From contig JBFXKW010000002.1 in NCBI GenBank assembly GCA_050173345.1, forward strand, positions 79,938 to 143,937: a stretch of 64,000 nt of DNA, written 5' to 3'. How positions within the stretch are numbered: position 1 is the stretch's first letter; each line of letters starts with the position of its first letter. This DNA is from Alphaproteobacteria bacterium (GTDB lineage Bacteria > Pseudomonadota > Alphaproteobacteria > UBA828). Below are positions 30,146-39,382 of the stretch, piece by piece. The notes below the pieces were generated by a model. The model was not told the DNA's origin, made no database searches, and saw only the letters and a list, made by a program, of their open reading frames with translations. The translations under genes and the position numbers were made by a program.

Positions 30146-31417
30146 TTAGGCGGCGTTAGGTCGGGCGATGCGCGGCGACAGCACGCGGAGCGCGGCATCC
30201 ACCATCTCTGGATCGTACAGGCGGCCGCGATTGGCGCGGAGCTCTTCCAGGGCCTTCTTCAGCCCCGGGGCGCGCCGGTAGAGGCGATCGGACTCCATGG
30301 CGTCGATCACGTCCGCGATGCCGAGGATCCTGGCCTCGGGCAGGATGGCATCGCCCTTGATCCCCTCGGGGTAGCCCGAGCCGTCCATGCGCTCGTGATG
30401 CTGATAGGCGATCATGGCGACCGGCCAGGGGAAATCGACGCGCCTCAGCACGTCATAGGAGAGCCGGGGATGCGAGCGAGTAACGGCCATCTCCGACTCG
30501 CTGAGCGGCGTGGACTTGGTCAGGAACTCCATGGGCACGGCGATCTTGCCGAGATCGTGCACCAGCGCGGCCAGCCGCAAGCCCTCGATCCGCTGCTCGT
30601 CCATGCCCGCCTCGCGCGCGATATCGCAGGCGAGCGTCGCGACGCGCTCCTGATGACCCTGCGTATAGGGATCGCGCGCCTCGGCCATGGCGCCTATCGC
30701 CTCGACGAATTGAATCAGCGCGAGCTGCAGGCCGCGGAAGCGGGAACGCGATTGCGTCTCGGCCCGTTCGACCGCGGACATGTCGTGGCCGATGCCGAGA
30801 ATACGCTGCACCGCGCCGTCCGGCCCGCGCAGCGGCGTGCTCCGCAGCAGGAACGGGGTGGTGCCGTGCTTGGTGAGGATGTGGCAGCGAAGCTCGGCGG
30901 CGGCGCCGGACCGCGCCTCGTCGAACGCCTGAGCGGCCGCGGCGCGATCCGCCTCCACGACCAGGTCGAGGCCCGAGACGCCTTTCAACTGGTCCCGCGT
31001 CCGGCCGAGCATGCGTTCGGACGCCTGATTCAACCGCACGATCCGGCAGCCGGCGTCCAGCTCGAACACCGGCTCCGGCAGCGCGTCGATCAACCGGTCT
31101 TCCGATATCGCCTGAGAGCGCAGCGCCGAATCCTTGGCGCTGGACTGGCGAAAGATCAGCCGGGCGCCGAAGAAGAGGAGCGTCGCGGTCGCAGCGACGA
31201 AGAGCCAGCCCTTGATGGATTGCGCCAGGGTCAGCGTCTCGACATCGGTGTCGACAAAGAAAAGGAAGAGCGCGCGGTCCGACAGGGCGATCCAGATGGT
31301 CGCGACCGCGGCGTAGCCCGCGGCGATGAGCAGCGACCATAAGGTGTGTGGATGGCGGGCGAGGCTCGCCAGCACGCCGTTGCGAGCAGTGAAGCGGTCG
31401 GCTCTGACCAGACTCAC
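30146..31417 (-). CDS. Membrane-anchored PAS-domain HD-GYP phosphodiesterase (c-di-GMP signalling)
   Basis: Two N-terminal TM helices, a PAS-like region, then 'HHERMDGSGYPEGI' HD-GYP signature with HD metal ligands (HDLGK). Confidence 0.8.
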   Translation of the reverse strand: MSLVRADRFTARNGVLASLARHPHTLWSLLIAAGYAAVATIWIALSDRALFLFFVDTDVETLTLAQSIKGWLFVAATATLLFFGARLIFRQSSAKDSALRSQAISEDRLIDALPEPVFELDAGCRIVRLNQASERMLGRTRDQLKGVSGLDLVVEADRAAAAQAFDEARSGAAAELRCHILTKHGTTPFLLRSTPLRGPDGAVQRILGIGHDMSAVERAETQSRSRFRGLQLALIQFVEAIGAMAEARDPYTQGHQERVATLACDIAREAGMDEQRIEGLRLAALVHDLGKIAVPMEFLTKSTPLSESEMAVTRSHPRLSYDVLRRVDFPWPVAMIAYQHHERMDGSGYPEGIKGDAILPEARILGIADVIDAMESDRLYRRAPGLKKALEELRANRGRLYDPEMVDAALRVLSPRIARPNAA

Positions 31418-31668
31418 GACTGACGGCCTTGTTCGGCCTCGACGGAGAAACCTGAACCGAGGCCCGGTTGCCCAAGACAGGAAAACCGTATGGTTTATGA
31501 GGTTAAGAAACCGTTAAGCCGACACAAGCGCCGCACGGCCGGCTCGCCGAGGTGAACCGGACTTCGGCCGAAAACTCGCCACCGAAGGCTAGGGCCGCGC
31601 GCCGCCTCGCGACGCCTGCCTCGGCTGGCGAGGCAGGCGCCGCAAAGCGCGGTGCAACGGCCCGCGCG

Positions 31669-32604
31669 CTACTCCGCCACCGCCACCTTTGGCGCCGGCG
31701 CCGCAAGCAAGCTCGCGATCGGCGTCGCGTGCCAGCCTTGCTTGCGCTTCTCCCAATAGAGGTCGCGGAGCTGGCAGGTGGCGAGGCCGGGCGCGCCATT
31801 GCCGATCGGTTTGTCGTTGACCCGCGTGATCGGGATGACGCCGCCGCCGGTCGAGGAGATGAAGACCTCGTCGGCCCCGGTCAGGTCCTCGGGGCGAAGC
31901 TCGGCCGCCTCAGCGGCGACGCCGATCGACTGGCAGAGGTCGAACACGGTGCGCCGCGTGATGCCTTCGAGCATGTTCTCGCCCGGCGTGCGCGCCTTAT
32001 TGTTCTTGATGATCCAGACGTTGAAGCCCGGCCCCTCGGTGAGGAAGCCGTCCATCGAGAGCAGCACCGGCGCATCCGCGCCTGCGTCGAGCGCCTCGAA
32101 CTGGGCGCTCGTCAGGTCCATGCGGTTGAAGTTCTTGCAGCGCTGGTTGATGGCGGCGTCCGGCGCGCGCCGCGTCTTGGCGATCCACAGATGGCCGCCG
32201 GTCTGCGTGCGCTCCTTCGGGATGACCGAGAAGTACGGCACCGAATAGGCGATGAACTCGTTGATGCAGGTGCGCGGGTCGCCGAGCTCGTTGCCGTCGG
32301 CATAGCGGCCGCGCGTGCAGAGGATGAAGACCAGGCCCGCTTCGATGCCCGAGCGGTCGACGCACTGCGCCATGATGTGCGCCATCTCGTCGTCGCTGAC
32401 CGGCGGCTTCAGGCGGACGCCCGCGCAGGAGGCGTGGAACCGCTCGATATGGTCGGCGAGCCGGAAGAAGTTGCCGTCGGCGAACGACAGCGCGTCGAAC
32501 ACCACGTCGCTCTTGGTGAAGGCCGGATCGAGTATGCCGACGGTGGCATCGTCGACCGGCATGTAGCGCCCCTTCTGGTAGGCAATCCCCTTGGAATCGG
32601 TCAT
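31669..32604 (-). CDS. Aminotransferase class IV (branched-chain/D-amino-acid aminotransferase fold)
   Basis: Start is the ATG at 32604 (MTDSKGIAYQKGRYMP), preceded by GGAGGGAG. Fold-type IV PLP motifs are present (…EVFISSTGGGVIPITRV…). Confidence 0.8.
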   Translation of the reverse strand: MTDSKGIAYQKGRYMPVDDATVGILDPAFTKSDVVFDALSFADGNFFRLADHIERFHASCAGVRLKPPVSDDEMAHIMAQCVDRSGIEAGLVFILCTRGRYADGNELGDPRTCINEFIAYSVPYFSVIPKERTQTGGHLWIAKTRRAPDAAINQRCKNFNRMDLTSAQFEALDAGADAPVLLSMDGFLTEGPGFNVWIIKNNKARTPGENMLEGITRRTVFDLCQSIGVAAEAAELRPEDLTGADEVFISSTGGGVIPITRVNDKPIGNGAPGLATCQLRDLYWEKRKQGWHATPIASLLAAPAPKVAVAE

Positions 32605-33091
32605 CTCGCAGTCTCCCTCCCGCCGGCATGCCCGGCCCCACGCCACGGCACCACCCGACGCCTGAACGGACACGGTAGGGCAGCGGCGAGGACGGGGTCA
32701 ATCGCGGCGGGAGGGGCGAAATTCGAGGCAAGCGCGAGGCAGGCGGGCGACATGCGGCAATAGTCGCCTGCATTCACGCCTGATCGACCGCACGACCACC
32801 CCGCGGACCGATAAGATGGCGCTCGCGCTCAAGGGATGCCGCCACAACTGCGCGGCGGCTGGCAAATCGCAAGGCCGCTAGCATCGCCTATTGACGAGCC
32901 CCGCGTTCAATGGTCCACAGCCGGATGATCGTGGAGACCGGGCGCACATGTATAAAATATAAGCACGGCTTTTATCATTGTTTTTCCAACATAATCTATT
33001 CGAATCGCACGAATTCCTGAGAACGCAACAAAATACTCATACCCTGAACGCCTCGCGTGCGCTTTGCTCGCGAGTATTCGGGAGATCCACC

Positions 33092-34237
33092 ATGACAACT
33101 CAGCAGCACGTTTCCATTCCCAACGATGTGCGCACCTGGGCCAACGACGGTTCCCCCATTCCGGATTGGGTACGAACGCACATAGTGGACAAGATGACGC
33201 CCAACGGTACTTTCCTCCTCTCAACGCCTATTGGGACCGCCAGGGTTCATCTCGGCAATATCGTGATTGAGCATTGTGGCGAACTATGGTCCCGAACACC
33301 CGATGAGGTTTCCAAACTCATTGAAGGACTCCAAGCGGAAACCACGCCGGCCGCAGCCGCGATCGGACCGGGCAAATCAGCCCAGTTCGGAACCAGAAGT
33401 AAGTCGGGGAAAGGCAAGAAGCGCGGCACCCAACGCAAAATGGCTTTCCGCCTACCCATCGGCTCCATGCCGAGCATCGAATGGGTGCATACCTCGGAGC
33501 TTGTCGTCGACCAATCCTACCAACGCTCTATCGACAACGAAGGATCGCGCCGGCTGATAGCTAGCATCGCAGCCAACTTCGATTGGCGGCTCTGCGCGCC
33601 GCTCGTCGTCTCGCGGCGTGCAGATGGCTTGAAAGTCATCATCGATGGGCAGCATCGCTGGGCAGCAGCTGTTCGCCGAGGTGATCTACCTCAGCTGCCC
33701 TGCTGTCTCTTCACCTATGCCAGCCCGGAGGATGAGGCGCGTATGTTCATTGTCGCCAACAGGGCGCGCAAACCGATGAACCGCTTGGATGACTTTCATG
33801 CTGCGCTTGCCGCAGCGGACGAGGATGCATTGGAGATCCTGCGCCTGGTGACCGAGGCTGGGCTGACGATCGCGCGGCATACATCCTTCACGGCATGGAA
33901 GCCGGGAGAGGTGGCCTTCACGTCGTCCATCGCGACCGCGCTCCGTCGGCATGAAGACGCGGTGGTATCAGCGGCGCTGACATGCATGGCCGAGGCATTC
34001 GAGGGGCAATCCCTGACCCATGGCGCATCAGTGTTCGGAGCCTTGATCAAAATCTTCGCCAATCCACCCGAGGGTTTCGACCCCGACAGGCTCGTGCCGG
34101 TGCTGCGCCGCTTCGACATGGCGAGCTTAGCCAAAATCGTTCGAGATCAAAGAGGCGTGGATGCTCGGGTAAGCACCGTATTCACGGCCATAGTAGAAGC
34201 GTTGGCCAACCTCGATGATGATTCCCCGATGGCATGA
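33092..34237 (+). CDS. ParB/Srx-fold DGQHR-motif protein (ParB-like nuclease domain) of unknown function, island-encoded
   Basis: ATG at 33092 after GGAGA. The central domain 'LVVDQSYQRSID…LIASIAANFDWRLCAPLVVSRRADGLKVIIDGQHRWAAA' carries the ParB/DndB-type DGQHR signature. It is flanked by unrelated N- and C-terminal regions. GC content of the gene and its flanks is clearly below the window average. Confidence 0.55.
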   Translation: MTTQQHVSIPNDVRTWANDGSPIPDWVRTHIVDKMTPNGTFLLSTPIGTARVHLGNIVIEHCGELWSRTPDEVSKLIEGLQAETTPAAAAIGPGKSAQFGTRSKSGKGKKRGTQRKMAFRLPIGSMPSIEWVHTSELVVDQSYQRSIDNEGSRRLIASIAANFDWRLCAPLVVSRRADGLKVIIDGQHRWAAAVRRGDLPQLPCCLFTYASPEDEARMFIVANRARKPMNRLDDFHAALAAADEDALEILRLVTEAGLTIARHTSFTAWKPGEVAFTSSIATALRRHEDAVVSAALTCMAEAFEGQSLTHGASVFGALIKIFANPPEGFDPDRLVPVLRRFDMASLAKIVRDQRGVDARVSTVFTAIVEALANLDDDSPMA

Positions 34238-34246
34238 GGGGAGGAG

Positions 34247-34280
34247 GTGCCGTGTTCGGGGTTGTCCGGAACACGGCACC
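34247..34280 (+). terminator. Candidate intrinsic terminator after the ParB-like gene
   Basis: Perfect 14-bp stem ggtgccgtgttcgg / ccggaacacggcacc with a 6-nt loop, 10 nt after the stop. It is followed by tatcgtttca. Confidence 0.45.
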
Positions 34281-34403
34281 TATCGTTTCACCAGAACGAT
34301 CATCTACGCTGGACGCCGCCGCAATGTCTCTCTCCGGACAGGACAAGGAGGTAGAAGGCGGGCCGTAGACGATAGTGATGATCACTACGCTTTCGCTGTG
34401 GTC

Positions 34404-34829
34404 CTATCTTGAAGCCGAAGTTCCGTTCGGGGCGATCAAAGAGAGCTTGGGGAAATAGGTCCGATAACGCGCCGCATCCCTCGTCAATAGCGAATATCCG
34501 GCTACAGCCGCGTGGGCGCCTATGAAGAAGTCCGGAAGCGGCAAACTCTTTGTTCCGCTTCGCTGCCGATAGGCGAGGAACGCCTTGCCAGCGAGAAAGG
34601 CCGCTTCGTACGGGATGGACTCACGATCGAACATGGTTTTCGGGAGCGCGGCATCGAGATCTTCGATGCGTGAATATCGAATCGACACCTCAGCATAGAT
34701 GACCGGATTGATGACGAGGCGGTACCGATCGGCGGCGCGCTTGAGGGCCTCCGCGGACCACGCAAGCCAACGCGCGTCTTCCGTCATGACGTCAAGAAGA
34801 ACATTAGCGTCAACCAGGACGGCTGTCAT
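34404..34829 (-). CDS. vapC: PIN-domain ribonuclease toxin VapC
   Basis: 'MTAVLVDANVLLDV' with the first acidic PIN residue. 141 aa. Its start abuts the stop of the upstream antitoxin gene. Confidence 0.8.
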   Translation of the reverse strand: MTAVLVDANVLLDVMTEDARWLAWSAEALKRAADRYRLVINPVIYAEVSIRYSRIEDLDAALPKTMFDRESIPYEAAFLAGKAFLAYRQRSGTKSLPLPDFFIGAHAAVAGYSLLTRDAARYRTYFPKLSLIAPNGTSASR

Positions 34830-35060
34830 TCAGTCATCGCGGGTCAGCGCCATTATGGCATCGGTGCTCATCGACACGTCGCCGCGGCCCCGCAGATGGG
34901 CAACGAAACGAGCGCCGCGACCGCCCTTGCCGGCCTTGGCACGAACGATACGCACAACCTTGCCGTCGAACTCGAACTCCACCTCGGTATGGGGCAACAG
35001 GCCCGCCCGTTCACGGATATCGACTGGGATAGTCACCTGCCCCTTCGACGTAATGCGCAT
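34830..35060 (-). CDS. vapB: AbrB/SpoVT-type antitoxin VapB
   Basis: 76 aa. 'ITSKGQVTIPVDIRERAGL' swapped-hairpin AbrB motif. The stop is adjacent to the vapC start. Confidence 0.7.
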   Translation of the reverse strand: MRITSKGQVTIPVDIRERAGLLPHTEVEFEFDGKVVRIVRAKAGKGGRGARFVAHLRGRGDVSMSTDAIMALTRDD

Positions 35061-35227
35061 GAGTCGTCTCCTTACTCTTACATGTAAGAGTAAGGAGATT
35101 TGTGCCGAATTTCAAGCCGCCCATCGACGCCGGGACAAGACCGTCGCGGCCTCTCGATCACAGCAGCACGGTTGATAGCAATCCGGGGAGGGGCAGTGGC
35201 GCAGCATGGAGCGCCATGGCGCAAATT

Positions 35228-35317
35228 TGGCGGAGGGGGCGGGATTCGAACCCGCGATACGTGTTACCGTATGCACGCTTTCCAAGCGTGTGCCTTAAGC
35301 CACTCGGCCACCCCTCC
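35228..35317 (-). tRNA. tRNA-Ser (anticodon GGA), 90 nt with a long variable arm
   Basis: The reverse complement reads GGAGGGGTGGCCGAGTGGCTTAAGGCACACGCTTGGAAAGCGTG…GGTTCGAATCCCGCCCCCTCCGCCA. It has a 7-bp acceptor stem, D-arm GCCGAGTGG…AAGGC, anticodon loop TTGGAAA, T-arm GGTTCGAATCC and an encoded CCA. Confidence 0.85.
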
Positions 35318-35420
35318 TGCCGTGCCGCAGGGCCGGCAGGGCGGACAATAGCAAGAATGGGGAAGCCTGCAACACGCGCCGGCCGCCGGCAGCGGGCCGG
35401 TTTGCTTCCATGATTCGATA

Positions 35421-35440
35421 AGGCAATTGTATACTTGACT
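35421..35440. repeat. Left terminal inverted repeat of the IS1595-family element
   Basis: aggcaattgtatacttgact. Its exact reverse complement is at 37645-37664. Confidence 0.75.
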
Positions 35441-35493
35441 ACACAACATGCCCGAACCATCTGAAACCCGACAGGCCGGCGAAGAGGTTACGA

Positions 35494-36129
35494 TTACTCC
35501 GAGGATGACGGACGCGGGGATTGCTGCCTTGCAGCTTTTTTCCGGGTCGGCTTCTGACGTTTTGGTTGGTGCGGTTTATAGCGCCATGAGGCATGCAGAA
35601 GGTGGGCGAATGTCCTCACGGTATCTGCATGAGCCCGCGCCGAGAAGTCGCCGTGATTTATCAAAAGATACGCCATGATCTTGCGCAGATCGGCGGTCAT
35701 ATCATTTAGAAGGGTAGGCGATACTGGAATTTCTTTGCGGTGTTTGTCCGTGAGGGCGACCAAAAAATTGGAGCTAATTCGTTCGTCAATCTTGTCGGGG
35801 ACTGGGTCCGCTCCGTAATGCAAGATCTGATTGCGCACATCGTTGATGTGCCCGAGCTGTGTTAGCACCGCATCGGTTTCCTTCCTGCGCTCTTGGTCGG
35901 TCTCGGATATCAGCATCAAGCGACGCAGCAAGCCATTTGCGGTATCCACGCGAGCGCCCGAGAGAAGAGCGCGCGCGACAGGGAGGGTAAGCTTCGCCAC
36001 GCTGGAAACTGCTATGAATAGAGCGCCTTCGACGGATGAGAAGGCATCTACAAATTCACCGAGGGATTCATGATACCTTCGAGTTTGCTCTTGTTCGCCG
36101 AGCATGCCGTGAGGCCCATAGTTAGCCAT
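35494..36129 (-). CDS. Hypothetical protein, passenger gene inside the IS element
   Basis: A 254-aa track ORF. The probable start is the internal ATG at 36129 (MANYGPHGMLGEQEQ…). GC is low and there are no recognisable motifs. The basic C-terminal tail (KPHQPKRQKPTRKKAARQQ) reads into the IR. Confidence 0.4.
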   Translation of the reverse strand: MANYGPHGMLGEQEQTRRYHESLGEFVDAFSSVEGALFIAVSSVAKLTLPVARALLSGARVDTANGLLRRLMLISETDQERRKETDAVLTQLGHINDVRNQILHYGADPVPDKIDERISSNFLVALTDKHRKEIPVSPTLLNDMTADLRKIMAYLLINHGDFSARAHADTVRTFAHLLHASWRYKPHQPKRQKPTRKKAARQQSPRPSSSE

Positions 36130-36672
36130 GGCTAAGCCCTCCGATCCGACCAAAGACCCGAAGTTCCGCGAGACGGTGGAGCGGATGCTACGCGCGCCAC
36201 CGAAACCGCATAAACCTACATCAAGCAAGATGTCTGACAGAAAGAAAAAGCCGCCCAAGAAGGAGGGCGGCTAGGAGGAAAGATGGACGAGCGAGAGTTG
36301 CGCCTTGAATGTTTGCGTCTTGCCGCTGTAGGTGGCGGCGATTATGCGAAGGTGCTCGACGTGGCGGGTCGGTACGCCAATTTCGTTGAAGGGTCAGGCG
36401 TTCCGAACGGTTTGGAGACAGTCGCGGTACAAGCCGATGAGGTAGCGCCTGTCAACTAGTTCTTCCCCGCCATCTTTGGCGATGAGGGGGTTGGCGGTTT
36501 TCGCTTCGGCTTGCATGATTGTTTGCATCAGACGCCATGCAACCTGTTCGGGCGAATTCTTGCCGAGATGTACAATGGGTCTGTCAGCCATTAGGGTTCT
36601 CCCTAGCCATCGGGTTGCTTGCTATAAAGGCGGCTCAGGATCATCCGCCATTCTTGGCGTGTGAGTCGAGGC

Positions 36673-37599
36673 TTAGACGTTCGGCCCGAGATCAGCCCGC
36701 CGATAGGTGAGGCGCTTCCCTTCGATGCCCTTGAGCGCCTTGACGGCGCGCTCGCTGTCATCGACGCCAAGGGCAGCGCGTTCGCTGTAGCGGAAATCGA
36801 ACTCCGCCAGATAGCGGTGAAGATGCTGCTCACCGCAGTGCTGGTAGACGCCCTTCATGCCGCGCTTGAAGATGCTGAAATAGCCTTCGATGGTGTTGGT
36901 ATGGATCGGGCCGCGCCCGTACTCGCCGGCCATGTGGCGCACGACGCCATGCTCGACGAACTCGCGCCCGACCTTCGTGTAGTGGCGCGCCTCATCGGTC
37001 ATCAACCGCGCTTCGCGGGCCACGTTCTCGCGCACGATAGGGGCGACGGTGGAGGTTCTCAGGTCATTCACGACCATCGAGCGCGCGCGGCCGGTCTTGC
37101 GGTCAACGAGCGACAGCACCTTGTGCTTGTGCTCGTAACCATGTCGCACAGGCTTGCCCTTCTTGCGGCCTATGAAGGTCTCGTCCGCCTCCACCGTGCC
37201 GCCATCGCTGCCGAAGGGCGACAGGTCATCAGAGCGCATGCCCTCGCGGATGCGATGCGCCATGAACCAGGCTGTCTTGTAGGTCACGCCGAGCATGCGG
37301 TGGAGCTGATGGGCTGACATGCCCTTCTTGCTCGACACCATCAAATGGGTTGCCAGAAGCCACTTATGGAGCGGCACATGGGAACGCTCGTACAGCGTGC
37401 CGACGCGCACGGTGAACTTCTTGCGGCACTCGCGGCAGTGATACCAGCCCGCGCCCATCGCGCCTTCGGCCGGCAGGGCACGCACGGTCTCAAGCTGGCC
37501 GCAGAACGGGCAGAACGGACCATCCGGCCAGCGCACGCTTTCGAGGTATTCGCGGGCCGTGGTTTCATCGGTGAAGATCGGGGCGGTGAGTTTCGGCAT
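36673..37599 (-). CDS. IS1595-family transposase (ISXO2-like DDE transposase with N-terminal zinc ribbon)
   Basis: N-terminal 'CPFCG…CRECRKKF' zinc ribbon, then the ISXO2-like DDE_Tnp_IS1595 core (…HTNTIEGYFSIFKRGMKGVYQHCGEQHLHRYLAEFDFRYSER…). Confidence 0.85.
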   Translation of the reverse strand: MPKLTAPIFTDETTAREYLESVRWPDGPFCPFCGQLETVRALPAEGAMGAGWYHCRECRKKFTVRVGTLYERSHVPLHKWLLATHLMVSSKKGMSAHQLHRMLGVTYKTAWFMAHRIREGMRSDDLSPFGSDGGTVEADETFIGRKKGKPVRHGYEHKHKVLSLVDRKTGRARSMVVNDLRTSTVAPIVRENVAREARLMTDEARHYTKVGREFVEHGVVRHMAGEYGRGPIHTNTIEGYFSIFKRGMKGVYQHCGEQHLHRYLAEFDFRYSERAALGVDDSERAVKALKGIEGKRLTYRRADLGPNV

Positions 37600-37644
37600 G
37601 GCTGATCACTCCTTGCCGCCCAAGGTAAGCGAAGATGGCTGTTC

Positions 37645-37664
37645 AGTCAAGTATACAATTGCCT
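37645..37664. repeat. Right terminal inverted repeat of the IS1595-family element
   Basis: agtcaagtatacaattgcct, the reverse complement of the left IR. It is followed by the duplicated TTCGATAA. Confidence 0.75.
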
Positions 37665-37815
37665 TCGATAAGCTCACGCTTCGACAGGCTCAGCATGAGG
37701 GCGTTGATTGCGGCCGCCGTCATTTCTGCCGAGGCAAGTGCGCGCGAACGAGCCACAATGCCGCGCGGTGCCGCCTCCGCATCGTCCATCGCGCCATTCC
37801 GCCGCCGGAGCGATC

Positions 37816-38388
37816 ATGATCCGTTGGCTTCTCGACAGGCTCGCCTTGCTCTGCCTCCTCGTCACGCTCGGCGTGGTCGGCAACGAGCTCTGGCAGGCCG
37901 CCACGGCGGGGCTGGGCTATCGGGTGATTCCGCTCTGGGAGCTGTGGGGTGCGATCCATGAAGAGAGCCTCGACGGGGTGCAGGTCCAGGTGGAGGGAAC
38001 CTCGCCCTGGCTGTGGCGGACCATCGTGCTGCCCATCCTGCTGGGCCCGGCCTGGGCCGTGCCGCTCGGCCTCGCCCTGCTGTTCCGCATCCTCGCCGCC
38101 TTCGCGCCACGCCGCGGCCGCGACGATGGCCGCGCGGTGCGGAAGCCGCGCGTCCCGACATGGCAGCGACGCGCGCCCGCACCCAAGGCGCCCGACACCG
38201 CGTCCGATATCGAGGCCCTGGCCGAGCCCTGGCCCCGGTCGCCTTGGCGGCGAAGCGCGGCGCAGCCCACGCCGCCCAAGCCCGCCAAGTCCACCACGCC
38301 GATCGACCTGCCGAAGGACATGAAGCCGCCATTGCGCAAAGCGGCGCCTTCCGGCCGCCGCCGGCCGACCGTGACGCGCCATCCTTGA
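37816..38388 (+). CDS. Hypothetical membrane protein (three TM segments, proline/basic C-terminus)
   Basis: ATG at 37816 (MIRWLLDRLALLCLLVTLGVVG…). The gene sits between the IS and the nitrile hydratase cluster and shows a GC third-position bias. Confidence 0.4.
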   Translation: MIRWLLDRLALLCLLVTLGVVGNELWQAATAGLGYRVIPLWELWGAIHEESLDGVQVQVEGTSPWLWRTIVLPILLGPAWAVPLGLALLFRILAAFAPRRGRDDGRAVRKPRVPTWQRRAPAPKAPDTASDIEALAEPWPRSPWRRSAAQPTPPKPAKSTTPIDLPKDMKPPLRKAAPSGRRRPTVTRHP

Positions 38389-38454
38389 CCCTCCGCCGCG
38401 CCCTGCCCTACGCTCGCCTGATCTAGCGATCGGACTCGCAAGGGAGAACGCGCC

Positions 38455-39057
38455 ATGGCAAGCCATCGGCACAGCGAGCCGCCATCCGATCCCGCGCTCA
38501 GGGTCAAGGCGCTCGAATCGCTGCTCATCGAAAAGAAGCTGATCGACGCGGCCGCGATGGACGCGCTGATCGATACCTTCGAACAGAAGGTCGGCCCACG
38601 CAACGGCGCCAAGGTGGTGGCGCGCGCCTGGGCCGACCCGGCCTACAAGCAGCGCCTGCTCGCGGATGCGACCGCCGCGATCGCCGAGCTCGGCTATTCC
38701 GGCATGCAGGGCGAGGACATGGTGGTGGTCGAGAACACGCCCAAGGTCCACAACCTGCTCGTCTGCACGCTGTGCTCCTGCTATCCGTGGCCCGTGCTCG
38801 GCCTGCCGCCGGTCTGGTACAAGGCGGCGCCCTACCGCTCGCGCGCCGTGATCGAGCCGCGCGCGGTGCTCGAGGAGTTCGGCGTCAAGCTCGCCGACGA
38901 CGTCGAGATCCGCATCTGGGATTCGACCGCGGAGCTCCGCTACATGGTGCTGCCCGAGCGGCCCGCCGGCACCGAGTCTTTGAGCGAGGACAAGCTCGCC
39001 GCGCTGGTCACCCGCGACGCCATGATCGGCGTCGCCAAGGTCGCGCCGCCGCGCTGA
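38455..39057 (+). CDS. nthA: Nitrile hydratase alpha subunit, cobalt type
   Basis: Metal-binding claw '[10 protein letters not shown]'. Threonine and tyrosine in V-C-T-L-C-S-C-Y mark the Co-type; Fe-type enzymes have VCSLCSCT. 200 aa. Confidence 0.9.
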   Translation: MASHRHSEPPSDPALRVKALESLLIEKKLIDAAAMDALIDTFEQKVGPRNGAKVVARAWADPAYKQRLLADATAAIAELGYSGMQGEDMVVVENTPKVHNLLVCTLCSCYPWPVLGLPPVWYKAAPYRSRAVIEPRAVLEEFGVKLADDVEIRIWDSTAELRYMVLPERPAGTESLSEDKLAALVTRDAMIGVAKVAPPR

Positions 39058-39070
39058 ACGGGAGGGCGAG

Positions 39071-39382
39071 ATGAACGGCATCCACGATCTCGGCGGCATG
39101 CACGGCCACGGGCCGGTCAACGCGGAAGCCAACGAGCCGGTCTTCCACGGCGATTGGGAGAAGCGCGCCTTCGCGCTGATGATCTCCTGCTTCGCCGGCG
39201 GGCAATACAATGTGGACGAGTTCCGCCACGCCATCGAGCGGATGGACCCGGCCGAATATCTGCGTTCGAGCTATTACGAGCACTGGCTGCACGCGGTCGA
39301 GACGCTGCTGGTCGAGAAGGGCGTCATCAAGCAGAGCGAGCTCGCCGCCAAATGGGCGACCGTCGCCAAGGGAGGCGCCTGA
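39071..39382 (+). CDS. Nitrile hydratase beta subunit, N-terminal half (separate ORF)
   Basis: 'MNGIHDLGGMHGHGPVNAEANEPVFHGDWEKRAFAL…' is the canonical beta-subunit N-terminus. The ORF stops at TGA 39380-39382, after the sequence AAGGGAGGCGCC. Confidence 0.8.
   Translation: MNGIHDLGGMHGHGPVNAEANEPVFHGDWEKRAFALMISCFAGGQYNVDEFRHAIERMDPAEYLRSSYYEHWLHAVETLLVEKGVIKQSELAAKWATVAKGGA

Larger units (their letters stand above)
35422..37663 (-). mobile_element. IS1595-family insertion sequence (ISXO2-like), ~2.24 kb, carrying passenger ORFs; flanked by an 8-bp TTCGATAA target-site duplication
   Basis: 20-bp perfect terminal inverted repeats aggcaattgtatacttgact lie at 35421-35440 and, reverse-complemented, at 37645-37664. 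Direct repeats TTCGATAA sit at 35414-35421 and 37664-37671. An 8-bp TSD is typical of IS1595. The interior encodes an ISXO2-like transposase plus ~1.2 kb of extra low-GC DNA. Confidence 0.75.

Noticed and set aside
36286-36591. Two small overlapping ORFs (57 aa plus strand, 65 aa minus strand) inside the IS element
   Set aside because: No motifs, and they overlap each other. They may be genuine passenger or regulatory genes, but neither can be supported from sequence alone. They are mentioned in the IS finding only.
32700-37700. Looked for an integrase/recombinase and att direct repeats to define a complete tRNA-Ser genomic island
   Set aside because: No tyrosine- or serine-recombinase ORF and no obvious duplicate of the tRNA 3' end were found. 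It is treated as a degraded islet plus an independent IS insertion.
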